Source of the DNA: a bacterium
GTDB lineage: Bacteria > Zhuqueibacterota > QNDG01 > JAFGCO01
Direction of reading: 5' to 3'
Length of the DNA: 64,000 nucleotides
NCBI GenBank assembly: GCA_016932575.1
Contig: JAFGCO010000006.1
Coordinates: forward strand, 16,238-80,237
The notes under the pieces were generated by a model that was not told where the DNA came from, ran no database searches, and worked only from the letters and a program-made list of their open reading frames with translations. The translations under genes were made by a program, and so were the position numbers. Of the stretch, positions 30,690 through 41,462 are shown in pieces (the first letter of the stretch is position 1; each line of letters begins with the position of its first letter).

Positions 30690-31274
30690 TTAAAAATTGC
30701 CGAATTTAATCGTCATTACCAATGTCGGACCACCCAGATCATTATTCGACAACTCAGTTCCGGTGTCCATAGAGGTGACAAATCTGTAGCTTCCGCCAAG
30801 ACCAGCCCGGAAAAATTCGGTAATATTCAGCATGATGTGCACAGAAGGCTCGGCAATAAAAAATGTGTCATATTCATAATCGTCATTCCAATCGGTCGTA
30901 TGACGTTCTGAAAAACCGGCCCCGCCACCTCCCAGCAATGCCATGATACTGAAATGGACAAGCTTGTTCGGTTGTTTGATATATTCAATTTCAATGCCGC
31001 CATACCCCATATTCATTTTCATATCCGGATGTTCTTTTGATGCGATATCGGTCACCAGGCCGTATGCTCCACCTCCCAAAACAAATTGATGGTTGATGAT
31101 CCATCCGCCACGGCCACCCATCATGAACGCGGCTTCCTGATATACGCTTCCGATCTTGCAGACCGGTCCTCCGAATCCTCCGCTTTTAAAATCGCCGCTG
31201 ATCAGGGTTTCCTGTCGGGCTGTTAATACACCCGAAAAAACGAGTAAAAATAACATACACGCTTTATATCTCAT
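30690..31274 (-). CDS. Small outer-membrane beta-barrel-like protein
   Basis: Signal peptide; Gly/aromatic alternating strands (GGRGGWII, GYGGIEIEY, GGSYRF); C-terminal Phe. Confidence 0.6.
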   Translation of the reverse strand: MRYKACMLFLLVFSGVLTARQETLISGDFKSGGFGGPVCKIGSVYQEAAFMMGGRGGWIINHQFVLGGGAYGLVTDIASKEHPDMKMNMGYGGIEIEYIKQPNKLVHFSIMALLGGGGAGFSERHTTDWNDDYEYDTFFIAEPSVHIMLNITEFFRAGLGGSYRFVTSMDTGTELSNNDLGGPTLVMTIKFGNF

Positions 31275-31309
31275 TGTTCCCCCGAAATTGTATCATTTAT
31301 TTTCTGTGC

Positions 31310-31837
31310 TTAAAATGTTCCCCACTCCTGTTTGCCGGGAATCCAGGCGGAGGGATAGAGAAATTTGAATGCCCTTGCAGCTTTATCTATTTTTTCTGAT
31401 TTTTGCTGCAGAGCTTTTTTTCGTTTGTCCAGTTGTGCACCGAATTTTTTTTCAATGAATGCTTCTGCTGCTTTTTCACGGTCCTCTTCCGAAGCGAATT
31501 GCTCCCGGATCTGCTTCAACTCACCGGCATCCAGCCAGAATCCACCGCATTTTGGGCATTCGTCCACAGCCACTGCCATTTGTGTGCTGAAAAAATGCCG
31601 CATCATAATGACGTTTTTGCATTTGGGGCAAGATCGCTTTTTAGTATAATTCACCGCAATTTCCGGGCTTTTCTCAATTTTCAGCAAGGCTTCGCCTATG
31701 TGCTCGCTGGGTTCGTCGACTTTTTGAAGCTCAAACCAGTCGAACCAAATGCCTCCGCAGCCGTTTCGACATACATCAACGGTGAGTTTCTCAACAGTGA
31801 AAGGCTGCAGCTCATGATCACATGCAGGGCATTTCAT
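31310..31837 (-). CDS. Tandem zf-TFIIB-type zinc-ribbon protein
   Basis: Two CPxC...D.CxxCGG.W.D..EL units; GGAGG SD before MKCPAC. Confidence 0.85.
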   Translation of the reverse strand: MKCPACDHELQPFTVEKLTVDVCRNGCGGIWFDWFELQKVDEPSEHIGEALLKIEKSPEIAVNYTKKRSCPKCKNVIMMRHFFSTQMAVAVDECPKCGGFWLDAGELKQIREQFASEEDREKAAEAFIEKKFGAQLDKRKKALQQKSEKIDKAARAFKFLYPSAWIPGKQEWGTF

Positions 31838-31855
31838 GGTATCCTCCATAAGATA

Positions 31856-32350
31856 TTAATTCATGGATGAGATGATAAATTCCATATCATTCCAGTTAAA
31901 CTGTCTGGCAAGTTTCAGAGCCTCTTCAGCAGAGACATTTTTAAAGCTCAGGGATAGAAACGCGCCTTCATTTTCCTCCCGTTGAATCACGACGATAATG
32001 AGGATTTCTTTTCTTGATTTCCGATGGGTTCGAAATACCTGAAATCCGTCGATGGTTTCCGTTGTAATGGACGATCCGGCAGATTCGAAATGGAGATTAC
32101 TGTCGAGCCAGCCGGTTTCAGAAGCCTGGTTGGTGATAAAAATAACGGAGTTCAAAAATTTGTCTTCTTGCGTATATCTTCGGGAAGCATTGATCATTTT
32201 AATGTGATTGTGATACGAGTTGAATCCCTCGGCAGGCCCAGCCTGCCAGCCCGGCAGATCGGGCAGCAGCGGTTTTAATGAGTCGAGTGGATCGGCAAAG
32301 ACATATGCAATCAATACCAGACCCATGCATAAAAACCATTTTTTGTTCAT
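31856..32350 (-). CDS. Hypothetical exported protein
   Basis: Signal peptide MNKKW...AYVFA; LLP.LPGW motif. Confidence 0.6.
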   Translation of the reverse strand: MNKKWFLCMGLVLIAYVFADPLDSLKPLLPDLPGWQAGPAEGFNSYHNHIKMINASRRYTQEDKFLNSVIFITNQASETGWLDSNLHFESAGSSITTETIDGFQVFRTHRKSRKEILIIVVIQREENEGAFLSLSFKNVSAEEALKLARQFNWNDMEFIISSMN

Positions 32351-32516
32351 TTCAATGGATCCCTGTTCGTTAATTTTTTTCTCATGGTTCATTTCTCCGA
32401 ATATATTTTTATCGACAGGGCGAATGGACACACACTCTCTTTATCATTGTTATTTTCAGTGATAACGCAAGTATTGGACGAAACGTCCTTTTTAATAATC
32501 ATACTGCTTTCAGAAT

Positions 32517-33626
32517 TTAAAATTGATAGATCCACCCGGCTCCGATCTCAAGACCGGAAAGCGACACATCTGTGCTATACGAACCGGTCCAGTATTTCAG
32601 TCTTCCGATAAGTTGAGATTTATTTGAGAGTTTCATTTCCGGTGTCAGCACGATACCTATCAGGTTTGAACCTTCATATATACCGGTTTCCTCATAAAAC
32701 CTGCCTTCGATTCCATAGGACATGGAAAAAGCATTGCTGTGACGATGCTTATACTGGCCGGAGAACTCTATATGATTCGGATATGATTTTTCCCTTTCTG
32801 CCACGAGCTTATATGTACCGGTCGAATCGGAACCGATGATCCGGTTTTTTGCTTTGCTTCGATACCGTAGTAACAGCGTCAGTATATCATATTCGAAGTA
32901 GGTTTTAAATTGTATATTTGTCACCATTTTATTCCCGGATTTGAATACCTCCAGGGTATCTGCATATGTATCTGATCCATAAGATGTGAAGATGAAATCA
33001 CCTGAGAGTGTGCTGAGTGTGCCGACACGGATATCGAGACCGGCAGTGAGTAACAGTTCGTTACCCGGTTTGTATACAGCTTCCGTTTTTTTCAGCGGGA
33101 CGAATCCTCCCCGAATCTGATAGGCCAATCCCAATCCCAGGACGGCTCCATCATTGACAGGAAGCGCCCAGGTTACGCCTGGCGAAAGATTAAATCCCTG
33201 ACCGAAACTGGGAACAATAAAGTTCCAGTAATGCTGACTGATGAACATTGAAGTCTGAAACTCCGCACTGTCCAGAGCCGTCTTCCCTGTGGGCATTCCC
33301 AGACCCAGGTTGAACACAAGATTTTGATCCTCCAGATAATAATTCCATGAAATCTGCGTGTCACTCAATCCGGCAATCTCGCCCATATCCTTGCCGTTTG
33401 CATTGGCATAACTTGTATATATCGAAAGAGAGGTTTCCCGGGAAATCGGCCAGTAAACCTCGACCGGTACGCTGAATTCACTGAGAGAACTGTCATTATC
33501 AATGGTGTAACTCTGATGAATCCCCTGTATGCGAAAAAATCCTTGTTGGCCAATCACATAATTTTCTTCAGCCGGGAGTGATCCGGCAATCATCAGTAAA
33601 AAAATCCATATCAATTTTCTGGTCAT
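32517..33626 (-). CDS. Putative outer-membrane beta-barrel protein
   Basis: Signal peptide, amphipathic strands, GLSD...L...PTG motif, C-terminal GWIYQF (Bam-type signal). Confidence 0.65.
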   Translation of the reverse strand: MTRKLIWIFLLMIAGSLPAEENYVIGQQGFFRIQGIHQSYTIDNDSSLSEFSVPVEVYWPISRETSLSIYTSYANANGKDMGEIAGLSDTQISWNYYLEDQNLVFNLGLGMPTGKTALDSAEFQTSMFISQHYWNFIVPSFGQGFNLSPGVTWALPVNDGAVLGLGLAYQIRGGFVPLKKTEAVYKPGNELLLTAGLDIRVGTLSTLSGDFIFTSYGSDTYADTLEVFKSGNKMVTNIQFKTYFEYDILTLLLRYRSKAKNRIIGSDSTGTYKLVAEREKSYPNHIEFSGQYKHRHSNAFSMSYGIEGRFYEETGIYEGSNLIGIVLTPEMKLSNKSQLIGRLKYWTGSYSTDVSLSGLEIGAGWIYQF

Positions 33627-33653
33627 GCACGCCTCCGAATCACTGCAGCGAAT

Positions 33654-36600
33654 CTACTGCAGGCGAATCATTTTTTTGGTTGCTGTGAAATGAGGTGTAG
33701 ACAGACGATAAAAATACAAACCACTGGCGCATTGGCGGCCCCAGGCATCCGTACCATCCCAGAATTTTGTGTGATTACCAGCGGGCAGGGTTTGATAAAT
33801 CCATGTTTGCACGCATTCCCCGAGAACATTGTAGATCTCCAAGCGTACACGGGTCCGCTCTGCCAGTTGAAAATCAATGGTGGTCGTCGGATTGAAAGGA
33901 TTTGGATAATTCTGTCTCAATCTGAAATGCTGGGGAGAGAGCGGAATATCTTCTCGCTGGATCTCTGCATATTCCAAAGTTCCCAGAATCAGTTTCAGCC
34001 GTCGGGGAGGATGAATTTTTGCTTGGTGATTCTGAAGAGGAATCGAGGCGCCGTGGTCCAGATCAAGCAGCCAGATATGAAAATGATCCGGTATGTCTGT
34101 TTGCTGATTTAAAACAATTTCAGCCAGCCCTGTTCCGGATGCGGATTTGATTTCTAATTCCCAGCATGCGCCTTTGGTGGAAATTTGTTTATAATTGGCT
34201 GAAAACCTAAGCCGTTGTTCCAGAATATTCAATTGCAGTGTGTTTCTGATAGCCGGTGGTTTCAAATAGTCGCACGCGTCTTTAATGTCACTGGCATCCC
34301 GCAGCATGCCCACATAGTTGTTCTGGTCCGTAAATCCAGAACTCATATCTCTGGCACTCAGTTGTATTACAATTTCACCCGGTTTACATTCTTTGCCTCG
34401 TCCGGATTTGGGCAATGGACTCGCAGACACCGGCGGCACCAGAAGTTCTGCAGAGCCATTGGCATACACAAAATAGCCTTCCCACGGATTGAGAACGGTC
34501 TGGTCATAAAAATATTCTTCATCATAACTCGCTACAGGCGGATCCACGCTGGCACCCCTTACAGAAACGCTGCTCCATGCCACCGGAAATGTAAAGGGAT
34601 TTCCAATCTGATTCCATCCCTTTTGCAGTAAAATCTGATAAGGGGTTCTGGAGTCCACTGAAAGTACGTTATCGATGTCAAAGTCTATTCCCTCGTGGGT
34701 GATTACCCAGAACGCTTTGCCCGGTTCAGAATTCCACAATGCTTCGCCCGGCCGATATTCCCGGTAATAAGCCGTATCAGCTGCACTGTCGTTCCACCAA
34801 TAAAAAACACGCCACAGTTTGGTGTTGTAGCTCCCGAGTTCATCGGTAAAGACACGTCCGATATTGCGTTCAGTTAAATGGTAGGGAATGGTCAGCATAC
34901 CATACGTTTCCGGGAGAGAGATTTTTTCTGAAGCAACTGAAGGAGAGACAACGATTAACCAGTTGGCTGTGGCGTCATCGCTTCCGGATAGAATTGTTTT
35001 TTCCTGAGTGACAGAATTGATTCTGGCGATATAATAAGCCAGCCCGTCCGGTGGAATTTCGGCAGCTTCCAATTCCACAGTATAATCAAGCAGACCCCGT
35101 TCAAATTCCAGTGAATCCCAGTCTGCCTGGCCGGAGGAGCGGTAATAGAGAAATATCCGGTCGAAAATCTGGGCTCCGCTGGCGAGTGTTATTGAGAAGG
35201 ATGAATCCGAGGAAAGCTTGCTGGGCAGAATATCGGGATTTATTTGGAACAGTGTGCCTCGGCCTGTCAGCTGGACAGTATTCAGACCCTGGGCTGTATT
35301 GGATTCGATGATCAGGTAGGCTGTATCCGGCAGCAGTTCCGCGGGTGCAAATGCCACAGATAAAAAGCTGGTATCGCCAGGTGCGGCCAAAGCGGGCTCA
35401 GGTCCGAATACAACAGAGAATTGAGATCCGGGAGGATCGATCGCTGCATTGTAAATCTGCAGTTCCTGATTTCCGATATTGATCATTGAAAGGGTGTCGA
35501 TTTTTGTTGTGTTTCTTACCACACGCCCGAACATCCAGGGATCCGGATGCACGGCCATGAGCGGCGATCCCCCCGACCCGGTCATTGATAAAGTGTCCGG
35601 TGAGGAGGGGGCGTTGCTTATCACAATCAGATCGGCTTCTTTGATACCACCGGACTGGGGGGTAAAATTGACTATGATGATATGCGTACTGTCCGGATGC
35701 GGACTGACAGTTGCCGGATCGCCCCCCTGAACCAGTTCAAAATCTTCTGATCCTAAAATATAACTTTCATAAATTGACAGTTCAGCAGCGCCCGGATTGG
35801 TAATGATCACAGATTTACGGATGTCTTCATCCGGAGACAGAATGCCGAAATCGAGGGATGACGGATTAAAATTTAACATGGCCTGGTCAGATGATCCCTG
35901 CAAACGAACCGTGTCCGGAGAAGTGGGCGAATTGGAATAAATAACCAGAAATGCCTGAAAAGTGCCCCCGAGAACGGGTTTGAATTTGACAGAAATCGAT
36001 CCCTGGCTGCCCGGATCAAAAGGAGAGGGAGCAGAGTGAGTTTCTTCATACAACACGCCGTCCTGAGTGTTGATCAGCTGCGTGTCCGTGATGTCCAGTT
36101 CGGCACTGCCGATATTTTGTATTTGCAGGGTCTGTGTTGCCGAGTCGCCGGCCATGACATTGCCGAAATCGATCCTATAGGCGGATAAAGCCAGTTGGGG
36201 GCTTCCGACCTCCTCGACCGTGTATAAGGCCAGTCCCCGTTCCGTTCCCACCCATAAGTTTCCGTTGATGTCAAATGCCAGATCATTGATGCCGTTATCG
36301 ATCAGTCCGGAGTTTTTGACCGTATACCATGATGTGTCTCCGGGGGCATATTTCACCAAGCCCTGGCTCGTGCCGATCCAAAGATTGCCGGATTTACTGA
36401 CGGTTAAGGCACGAATGATATTGCTCGGCAAATCCGGGTCTACGGTTTCCCATTCCCAGGTTTCGTTTTTTAATACCCATAATCCCTGGTCCGTCCCGAC
36501 CCATAAGTTGTTCTCATTGTCAACGGTCATGTCCAATACGTACGTGGCTGTAATACCATCGGGTGCCAGGGTGACTTCTTCAGTGATCGTGTTGAATTGA

Positions 36601-38063
36601 CGAATGACAAAATTCTGGGCAAACAGCCACAAGTTGTCTTCGTGGTCCGCCGCAATCACCGTATTATCATTGGTCTGAAGCTCCACAACTTCCTGTGTTG
36701 TATAAGGAATCCAGTCCGCGCCGTCATATTTTCCCAGCCCCTTCTCAGTACTGACCCAGACAGTGTAAGACGCATCCATGACACTTGTCAATATGTAATT
36801 GCCGGGGATACCGTAGCCGGGGGAGATATGATTCTCCCAGACAGAGTTGCTGAACAAATAGACACCGGCGCCTTCCGTGCCGACGAACAGCGTTCCACCG
36901 TGATCAACCAGGATGCTCCTGATTGGTGCCGCAGGCGCATTGCCGCCTTCATAGGTATTCCAGCCAGCCCCGTCATACAATGTGACAACATTTCCCGTGC
37001 TGATCCAGAGGCCTTCGTTCTGGTTTCTTGAAGCCAGATTCTGCACCGACGGACTTGGCAGCTCGGAGTTGGAAGTAACATAACTTGTCGACCAGACCGA
37101 GCCGGACAGCTTTGCAAGACCTTGTGTGGTACCGATCCATTTGTCGTTCAGCTCATCGATATGAATGGCATGAACCGCATTGGCGGGAATTCCGGTACCT
37201 GGAAAGCTGTAAGCAATCCAGCTAGTCCCGGGATAATAAGCCAGGCCGCCGTTTTCGGTACCGACCCAGGGAACGTTCACATTGTCAAATGCGATAGCGC
37301 GGATATTGTTGTCCGGAAAACCGGGTGCAGCACCTGACTGATAAAAATCCCAGTCGCTTTGGGCGATTTGCTCGGCAAGCCCCGAGCCTGGTGTGCCGAC
37401 CCATGGCACACCCTCCGAATCGAATGCGACAGCGGATAATTCATCGGAAGGAAGTCCTCCGGGCGACTGATACCACGTTTGCCATAGATCATCAGTGGTT
37501 CGCCGGGCAAGACCATCGGCCGTAGCGATCCAGAGCCAGTTATTGCTATCGTCAAAGGCCAGGTCACGAATCAAATTGCTGGGCAGATTGTCCTCTGTGG
37601 TCGTATTGATAACCGAAAAGTCATCCGTATCGCTGTGGTAGATGCCCAGCCCGTTCGACAGAGTGCCAACTATGGGCAGTCCGTCTGTATCCAGGGTCAA
37701 TGTATTGACAACCTGGGAGGGCAGTCCGTCATTTGTGTCGTAAAGTGTCCAGTCATTCCCTGCAAGCTTTGCCAATCCCTGCCGGGTGCCGATCCACTTT
37801 TCATTATTGGATCCGATGACGATATCCAGAATTTCAACATTTGGCAAATCAGAATTCGCACTGTTTAAATGTTCCAGAGTCTGATCGGTGACTTTATTGA
37901 TTTTTACAAGACCGCAGGTGGTTCCTACCCAAAGCGTATCAAATTCCTGAGCGATGGCTGTGATTTGATCGCCATTGGTGAAATTAAACCATTCCGGTTC
38001 CTGACCCCGGATCAAACTGGTTAAAATAATGAGAACAATGATAATGCGAACCAAGTTTTTCAT
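33654..38063 (-). CDS. Large secreted protein: two-component-regulator-type beta-propeller repeats, 3 ASH/choice-of-anchor-D Ig domains, C-terminal FlgD-Ig/T9SS-like sorting domain
   Basis: Many LPSN.I..I..D..G..WIGT..GL repeats; three FG......L.I.N.G...L.I...SN.P..P....L.G units; LQKGWNQIGNPF; QNYPNPFNP...WDG.D..G...SG.YFY. Confidence 0.85.
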   Translation of the reverse strand: MKNLVRIIIVLIILTSLIRGQEPEWFNFTNGDQITAIAQEFDTLWVGTTCGLVKINKVTDQTLEHLNSANSDLPNVEILDIVIGSNNEKWIGTRQGLAKLAGNDWTLYDTNDGLPSQVVNTLTLDTDGLPIVGTLSNGLGIYHSDTDDFSVINTTTEDNLPSNLIRDLAFDDSNNWLWIATADGLARRTTDDLWQTWYQSPGGLPSDELSAVAFDSEGVPWVGTPGSGLAEQIAQSDWDFYQSGAAPGFPDNNIRAIAFDNVNVPWVGTENGGLAYYPGTSWIAYSFPGTGIPANAVHAIHIDELNDKWIGTTQGLAKLSGSVWSTSYVTSNSELPSPSVQNLASRNQNEGLWISTGNVVTLYDGAGWNTYEGGNAPAAPIRSILVDHGGTLFVGTEGAGVYLFSNSVWENHISPGYGIPGNYILTSVMDASYTVWVSTEKGLGKYDGADWIPYTTQEVVELQTNDNTVIAADHEDNLWLFAQNFVIRQFNTITEEVTLAPDGITATYVLDMTVDNENNLWVGTDQGLWVLKNETWEWETVDPDLPSNIIRALTVSKSGNLWIGTSQGLVKYAPGDTSWYTVKNSGLIDNGINDLAFDINGNLWVGTERGLALYTVEEVGSPQLALSAYRIDFGNVMAGDSATQTLQIQNIGSAELDITDTQLINTQDGVLYEETHSAPSPFDPGSQGSISVKFKPVLGGTFQAFLVIYSNSPTSPDTVRLQGSSDQAMLNFNPSSLDFGILSPDEDIRKSVIITNPGAAELSIYESYILGSEDFELVQGGDPATVSPHPDSTHIIIVNFTPQSGGIKEADLIVISNAPSSPDTLSMTGSGGSPLMAVHPDPWMFGRVVRNTTKIDTLSMINIGNQELQIYNAAIDPPGSQFSVVFGPEPALAAPGDTSFLSVAFAPAELLPDTAYLIIESNTAQGLNTVQLTGRGTLFQINPDILPSKLSSDSSFSITLASGAQIFDRIFLYYRSSGQADWDSLEFERGLLDYTVELEAAEIPPDGLAYYIARINSVTQEKTILSGSDDATANWLIVVSPSVASEKISLPETYGMLTIPYHLTERNIGRVFTDELGSYNTKLWRVFYWWNDSAADTAYYREYRPGEALWNSEPGKAFWVITHEGIDFDIDNVLSVDSRTPYQILLQKGWNQIGNPFTFPVAWSSVSVRGASVDPPVASYDEEYFYDQTVLNPWEGYFVYANGSAELLVPPVSASPLPKSGRGKECKPGEIVIQLSARDMSSGFTDQNNYVGMLRDASDIKDACDYLKPPAIRNTLQLNILEQRLRFSANYKQISTKGACWELEIKSASGTGLAEIVLNQQTDIPDHFHIWLLDLDHGASIPLQNHQAKIHPPRRLKLILGTLEYAEIQREDIPLSPQHFRLRQNYPNPFNPTTTIDFQLAERTRVRLEIYNVLGECVQTWIYQTLPAGNHTKFWDGTDAWGRQCASGLYFYRLSTPHFTATKKMIRLQ

Positions 38064-38119
38064 AACGAATTGCCTCTCAATCGTCTAATGCCTGTTTTCA
38101 ATAGTGAAGGAATCCGGCT

Positions 38120-39520
38120 CTAAGGTCCCGGCGGATCCGGGGGGCGAGGCAGATCAGGCAATGTAATGGTATTAAAAAGTGATTCCACATCAAAATCATA
38201 TAAATCCAGAGGATTGGAAATCCGTTCATCCAGGACGTTCGACAGGAGTTGCGCGGTTGTGAATTCCTGACTGGATTTTCTTGAATCCTGACCGGGGATA
38301 AATGTGGAGCCAATATTCCTGCTGACGTTATGCAGGCGGTTGCGGATCAATGCTTCTCTGTTGATGAGTGTCGGTGCGAGTGGTGTCCGTGGAGATACGG
38401 AGACATGTTTAACAGATCGGAAAGGAGTCTGTCTGCTTATCTGAGCCATGGATTGATTGACCATCAGTTTATTTTGTGCTTCCTCATAACCGGGATCTAT
38501 GCCTGTGGCTTGTTTAAAATATTCAGCGGCTTTGGTAAAGTTCCCCTGATCTTCCATTTCCAGTCCCATACTGTAAGCGATAAACGCCTGAATGTTTTTT
38601 GTCGGAATATGCTGTATTTGTTGCCTTTCCCTGGCAGACAGCTCGATGCCCATCTGGCCGATCACTTGAAAAACTAGGTCCTTCTCCAGTTTAAAGAGAT
38701 GCTGCAAACGATCTTTCATTGTAATCGGATTGGGAACAGTGCTGCTGAAAATATCTGTATATGTGACGTCCAGGTGGATGTTCCTGTCGTCAAGCACGGC
38801 AAAATTGCCCTGGACCACCTTGCCTGCTCCGAGCAACTTGCCCATTTTTGGTGTGGAAGTGACATCCATCAGGCCGGTTTGTGACAGCTGCATTTCATCA
38901 TACAATGCCTGAACGCGAACCCGCTCAACCATATCCAGTTTCTTCACCTGACTTAGGTCGGTCATAATCATTTCAGCCACGCCTTTGCCCATCGGAGCAT
39001 AGTTTTCATCTAATCCCATGTGTTTCAGCGGTAATACAGCGATTGTTTTAGGGGATGTTGTTTTGATCTGCAGCAACGCTTCACTTTGCAGCATCTTATG
39101 AATTTCTTTTCGTGAGTTTGTTCTGGAGAGAAGGTTGTGCTGAGCTTCCATCTTGTATTTATATTCGGCCGGAATTTCTACTGACTTATATCGGCCATAG
39201 ATCATCAGAGCCCTGTCGGTTTGTCCGCGTAATTCCAGAAGCTGTGCCAGGTAATAGAGTGTTTGTGCGTCTTTTCGGTTAAGACGCCAGGCTTTAATCA
39301 GACTTTTCACAGCGAACTTGTACCATTTCATTTCGAAAAGAGCGGTACCAAGATCCCGAAATGCTTCAGCGCTGCGTGGATTTTGTCTTATTTTGTATAT
39401 GAGGTGTTTGATTTTTTGACGTTGTTCCGTGGGTGAGGGTCCAGGGGGTGTGGTTGCACAGGCCAGCCATAACATCAGAACCGGCATCAGCCATCTCCCA
39501 AGGCGTATTATTGATCGCAT
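38120..39520 (-). CDS. Lipoprotein with TPRs and a CsgG/TolB-N-like domain
   Basis: Lipobox LWLA-C; N-terminal TPRs; TIAVLP...G.AEM..TDL.....L..VER......E..L..TG......K.GKLLGA..VV.G; PTKN..AF.AYS.GL..ED TPR; Pro-rich C-tail. Confidence 0.75.
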   Translation of the reverse strand: MRSIIRLGRWLMPVLMLWLACATTPPGPSPTEQRQKIKHLIYKIRQNPRSAEAFRDLGTALFEMKWYKFAVKSLIKAWRLNRKDAQTLYYLAQLLELRGQTDRALMIYGRYKSVEIPAEYKYKMEAQHNLLSRTNSRKEIHKMLQSEALLQIKTTSPKTIAVLPLKHMGLDENYAPMGKGVAEMIMTDLSQVKKLDMVERVRVQALYDEMQLSQTGLMDVTSTPKMGKLLGAGKVVQGNFAVLDDRNIHLDVTYTDIFSSTVPNPITMKDRLQHLFKLEKDLVFQVIGQMGIELSARERQQIQHIPTKNIQAFIAYSMGLEMEDQGNFTKAAEYFKQATGIDPGYEEAQNKLMVNQSMAQISRQTPFRSVKHVSVSPRTPLAPTLINREALIRNRLHNVSRNIGSTFIPGQDSRKSSQEFTTAQLLSNVLDERISNPLDLYDFDVESLFNTITLPDLPRPPDPPGP

Positions 39521-39706
39521 GAATATCTCCTGAAAAGTCCTGTTAATATTCAATTTTCAATGTATTATACAAACATTTTTCATGAAATGCCAGAATATTC
39601 TCCGCGACAAGAGAGAACGGGAATGTCAACGGATTTTGGCAGGGAAATCGGACATATATGAGGCAAAGACGTTGATTTGTGGTTTCCAATCTCCCCCAAG
39701 GCCTTA

Positions 39707-41462
39707 TTATTTTAATAACAGACATTTTCGAAGCTGCCGGTTCTTGCCGGCAGTCAGTCGTATTAAATACATATTACTTGCAAGTTTTGTTCCATTCCAG
39801 TATAATGTATGTGCCCCTGCGTTTGCTGCTCCATCAAACAAGGTTTCAATTTTTTCTCCCCGTGTATTGAATACTTCCAGTCTTATATGACAGGATTCGG
39901 GTAAATGCCAGCTTATTTCAGTGCTTTCATTGAACGGATTCGGAGCCACGGGATGCAAGCAGAACAAATCCGGTTTATTGTGTTGAACCTGGCTTGAGGA
40001 TTGAAAGGTCCATGTCATCAGTGTCCAGGAGTGGCTGCTGAAATCATGGGTGTATGGAAAATTCTCATTTCCCTGAAAAACGGTTTTCAGCGCGACTTCC
40101 GTGTTTTTCGCTGTATTGATTGACCAGAGACGGGGGGCGTTTAATTCTCGCAGTGTGAGTTGGTTGTAATCGGATCCGTTAGTCAGATGAATAATGGCTG
40201 TTATGGAGTCATATTCATGATCTGATTCCTGAAGTCCGGAAATACGGTTTAAAACATACAATCGCAGAGTATCTTTGGCCGGACTGACAGTTGCCAGTGA
40301 TTTTAAAAGGGGAACAAATAATGTGTCCGACTTCCATCCCTCTCTGCCTTCCGGATCAATATCAGCCACTGGCAAATGATAAACGGGCCCGTTTTTAATG
40401 TTTGAAGCGATAACAGAATGATGAAGGCTTCGGGACAACTCGCTGTATATCAGGGCAGAAGGATTGAGATAAAATGCAGGTGAAGGGCCGATCATCCCTG
40501 TCACCGGCCAGTCTGCAAGAGCCGTATCAGAATCTGTGAGCAGTGAATGGATGTTCATTCCCAGGAGCCCTGTATTGAAGGCCCGGCTCAGCATACCCAT
40601 AAGGCAACCCGCAATATACAATCCCTGATCCAGAGAACGACCGAAAAAAATCCAGCTGTCTTCCAGCATACCATGGATTGGATGTATCTCCTGTTCGGTC
40701 ATACAACCGATACACCAGGTTGAACTCGCTGATCCATATCCCCAATGTTTTCTGCCCATGAGCCAGAACGTCCAGATGTTCGCGATGGTTCTGCAGTCTG
40801 GTTTCATGATTGTCTGTCTGCTGCCATTCGGTGCCCCACGAGACGTCCGCACAAAGCGCCAGAAAAAATGAGTCCGGATCCACGGGCGGATATTTCACAT
40901 AAAACGACTGATCGGGCTGACCGTTGCTTATTTCGGCATTTACAGACCAGTTGTTTTTCTTCACAACCCGTTGGCCTTGTTGCGGATTTTTCATATCATA
41001 GTACTGCCATTGAGAGCCGCCAAGAAGATAATTGCGGACGGTCCGGGCATAGTTTTCAGAACCATCGGGATTCTGTCCGAAATGCCAGGAGAACATGTGC
41101 TTATAATGCGCTCCCAGTTCATTTTTTGAATAGCCTGAAGAGCCGTCGAATCCGCCCGGCCTTTCCTCAATGGAACCCAGGCCGTCTTTCCAGAAATAGC
41201 TGCCGCTTGCGTTTCCACCAGGGAATCTCAGGTTTCTGACGCCGGTCTCACGAACCGCGCTTATGAACAGTTCCGGGAACAAACCGGTCAGCGGATCGTA
41301 ATCCGCACGATCAACAATAGATGTCATGGGATTGTTGGCACCCAGTAAAAAGGGGGTGACGGTTCCCAGGGTATCCGCAGAGAGATCGATGTGAATTTCG
41401 ATTTGAGATTCTCCGAATAATTGAAAGGATAAGAAGATCGAGAAAAGTGCGGTGGTTTTCAT
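39707..41462 (-). pseudogene. Secreted GH51/GH79-like glycoside hydrolase with FlgD-Ig tail, frameshifted
   Basis: 5' frame: signal peptide, LRFPGG...Y.WKDG.G..EERP, WISEFN. 3' frame: LYVLNR, HSWT, PNPFN...WNG...Y.IRL. Frames join at the T7 run (plus-strand A7 at 40644-40650). Confidence 0.65.

Noticed and set aside
36200-38000. Nucleotide tandem repeats or CRISPR-like array in the large secreted gene
   Set aside because: Periodicity is only degenerate protein-level propeller repeats; no repeat-spacer array seen in the window.
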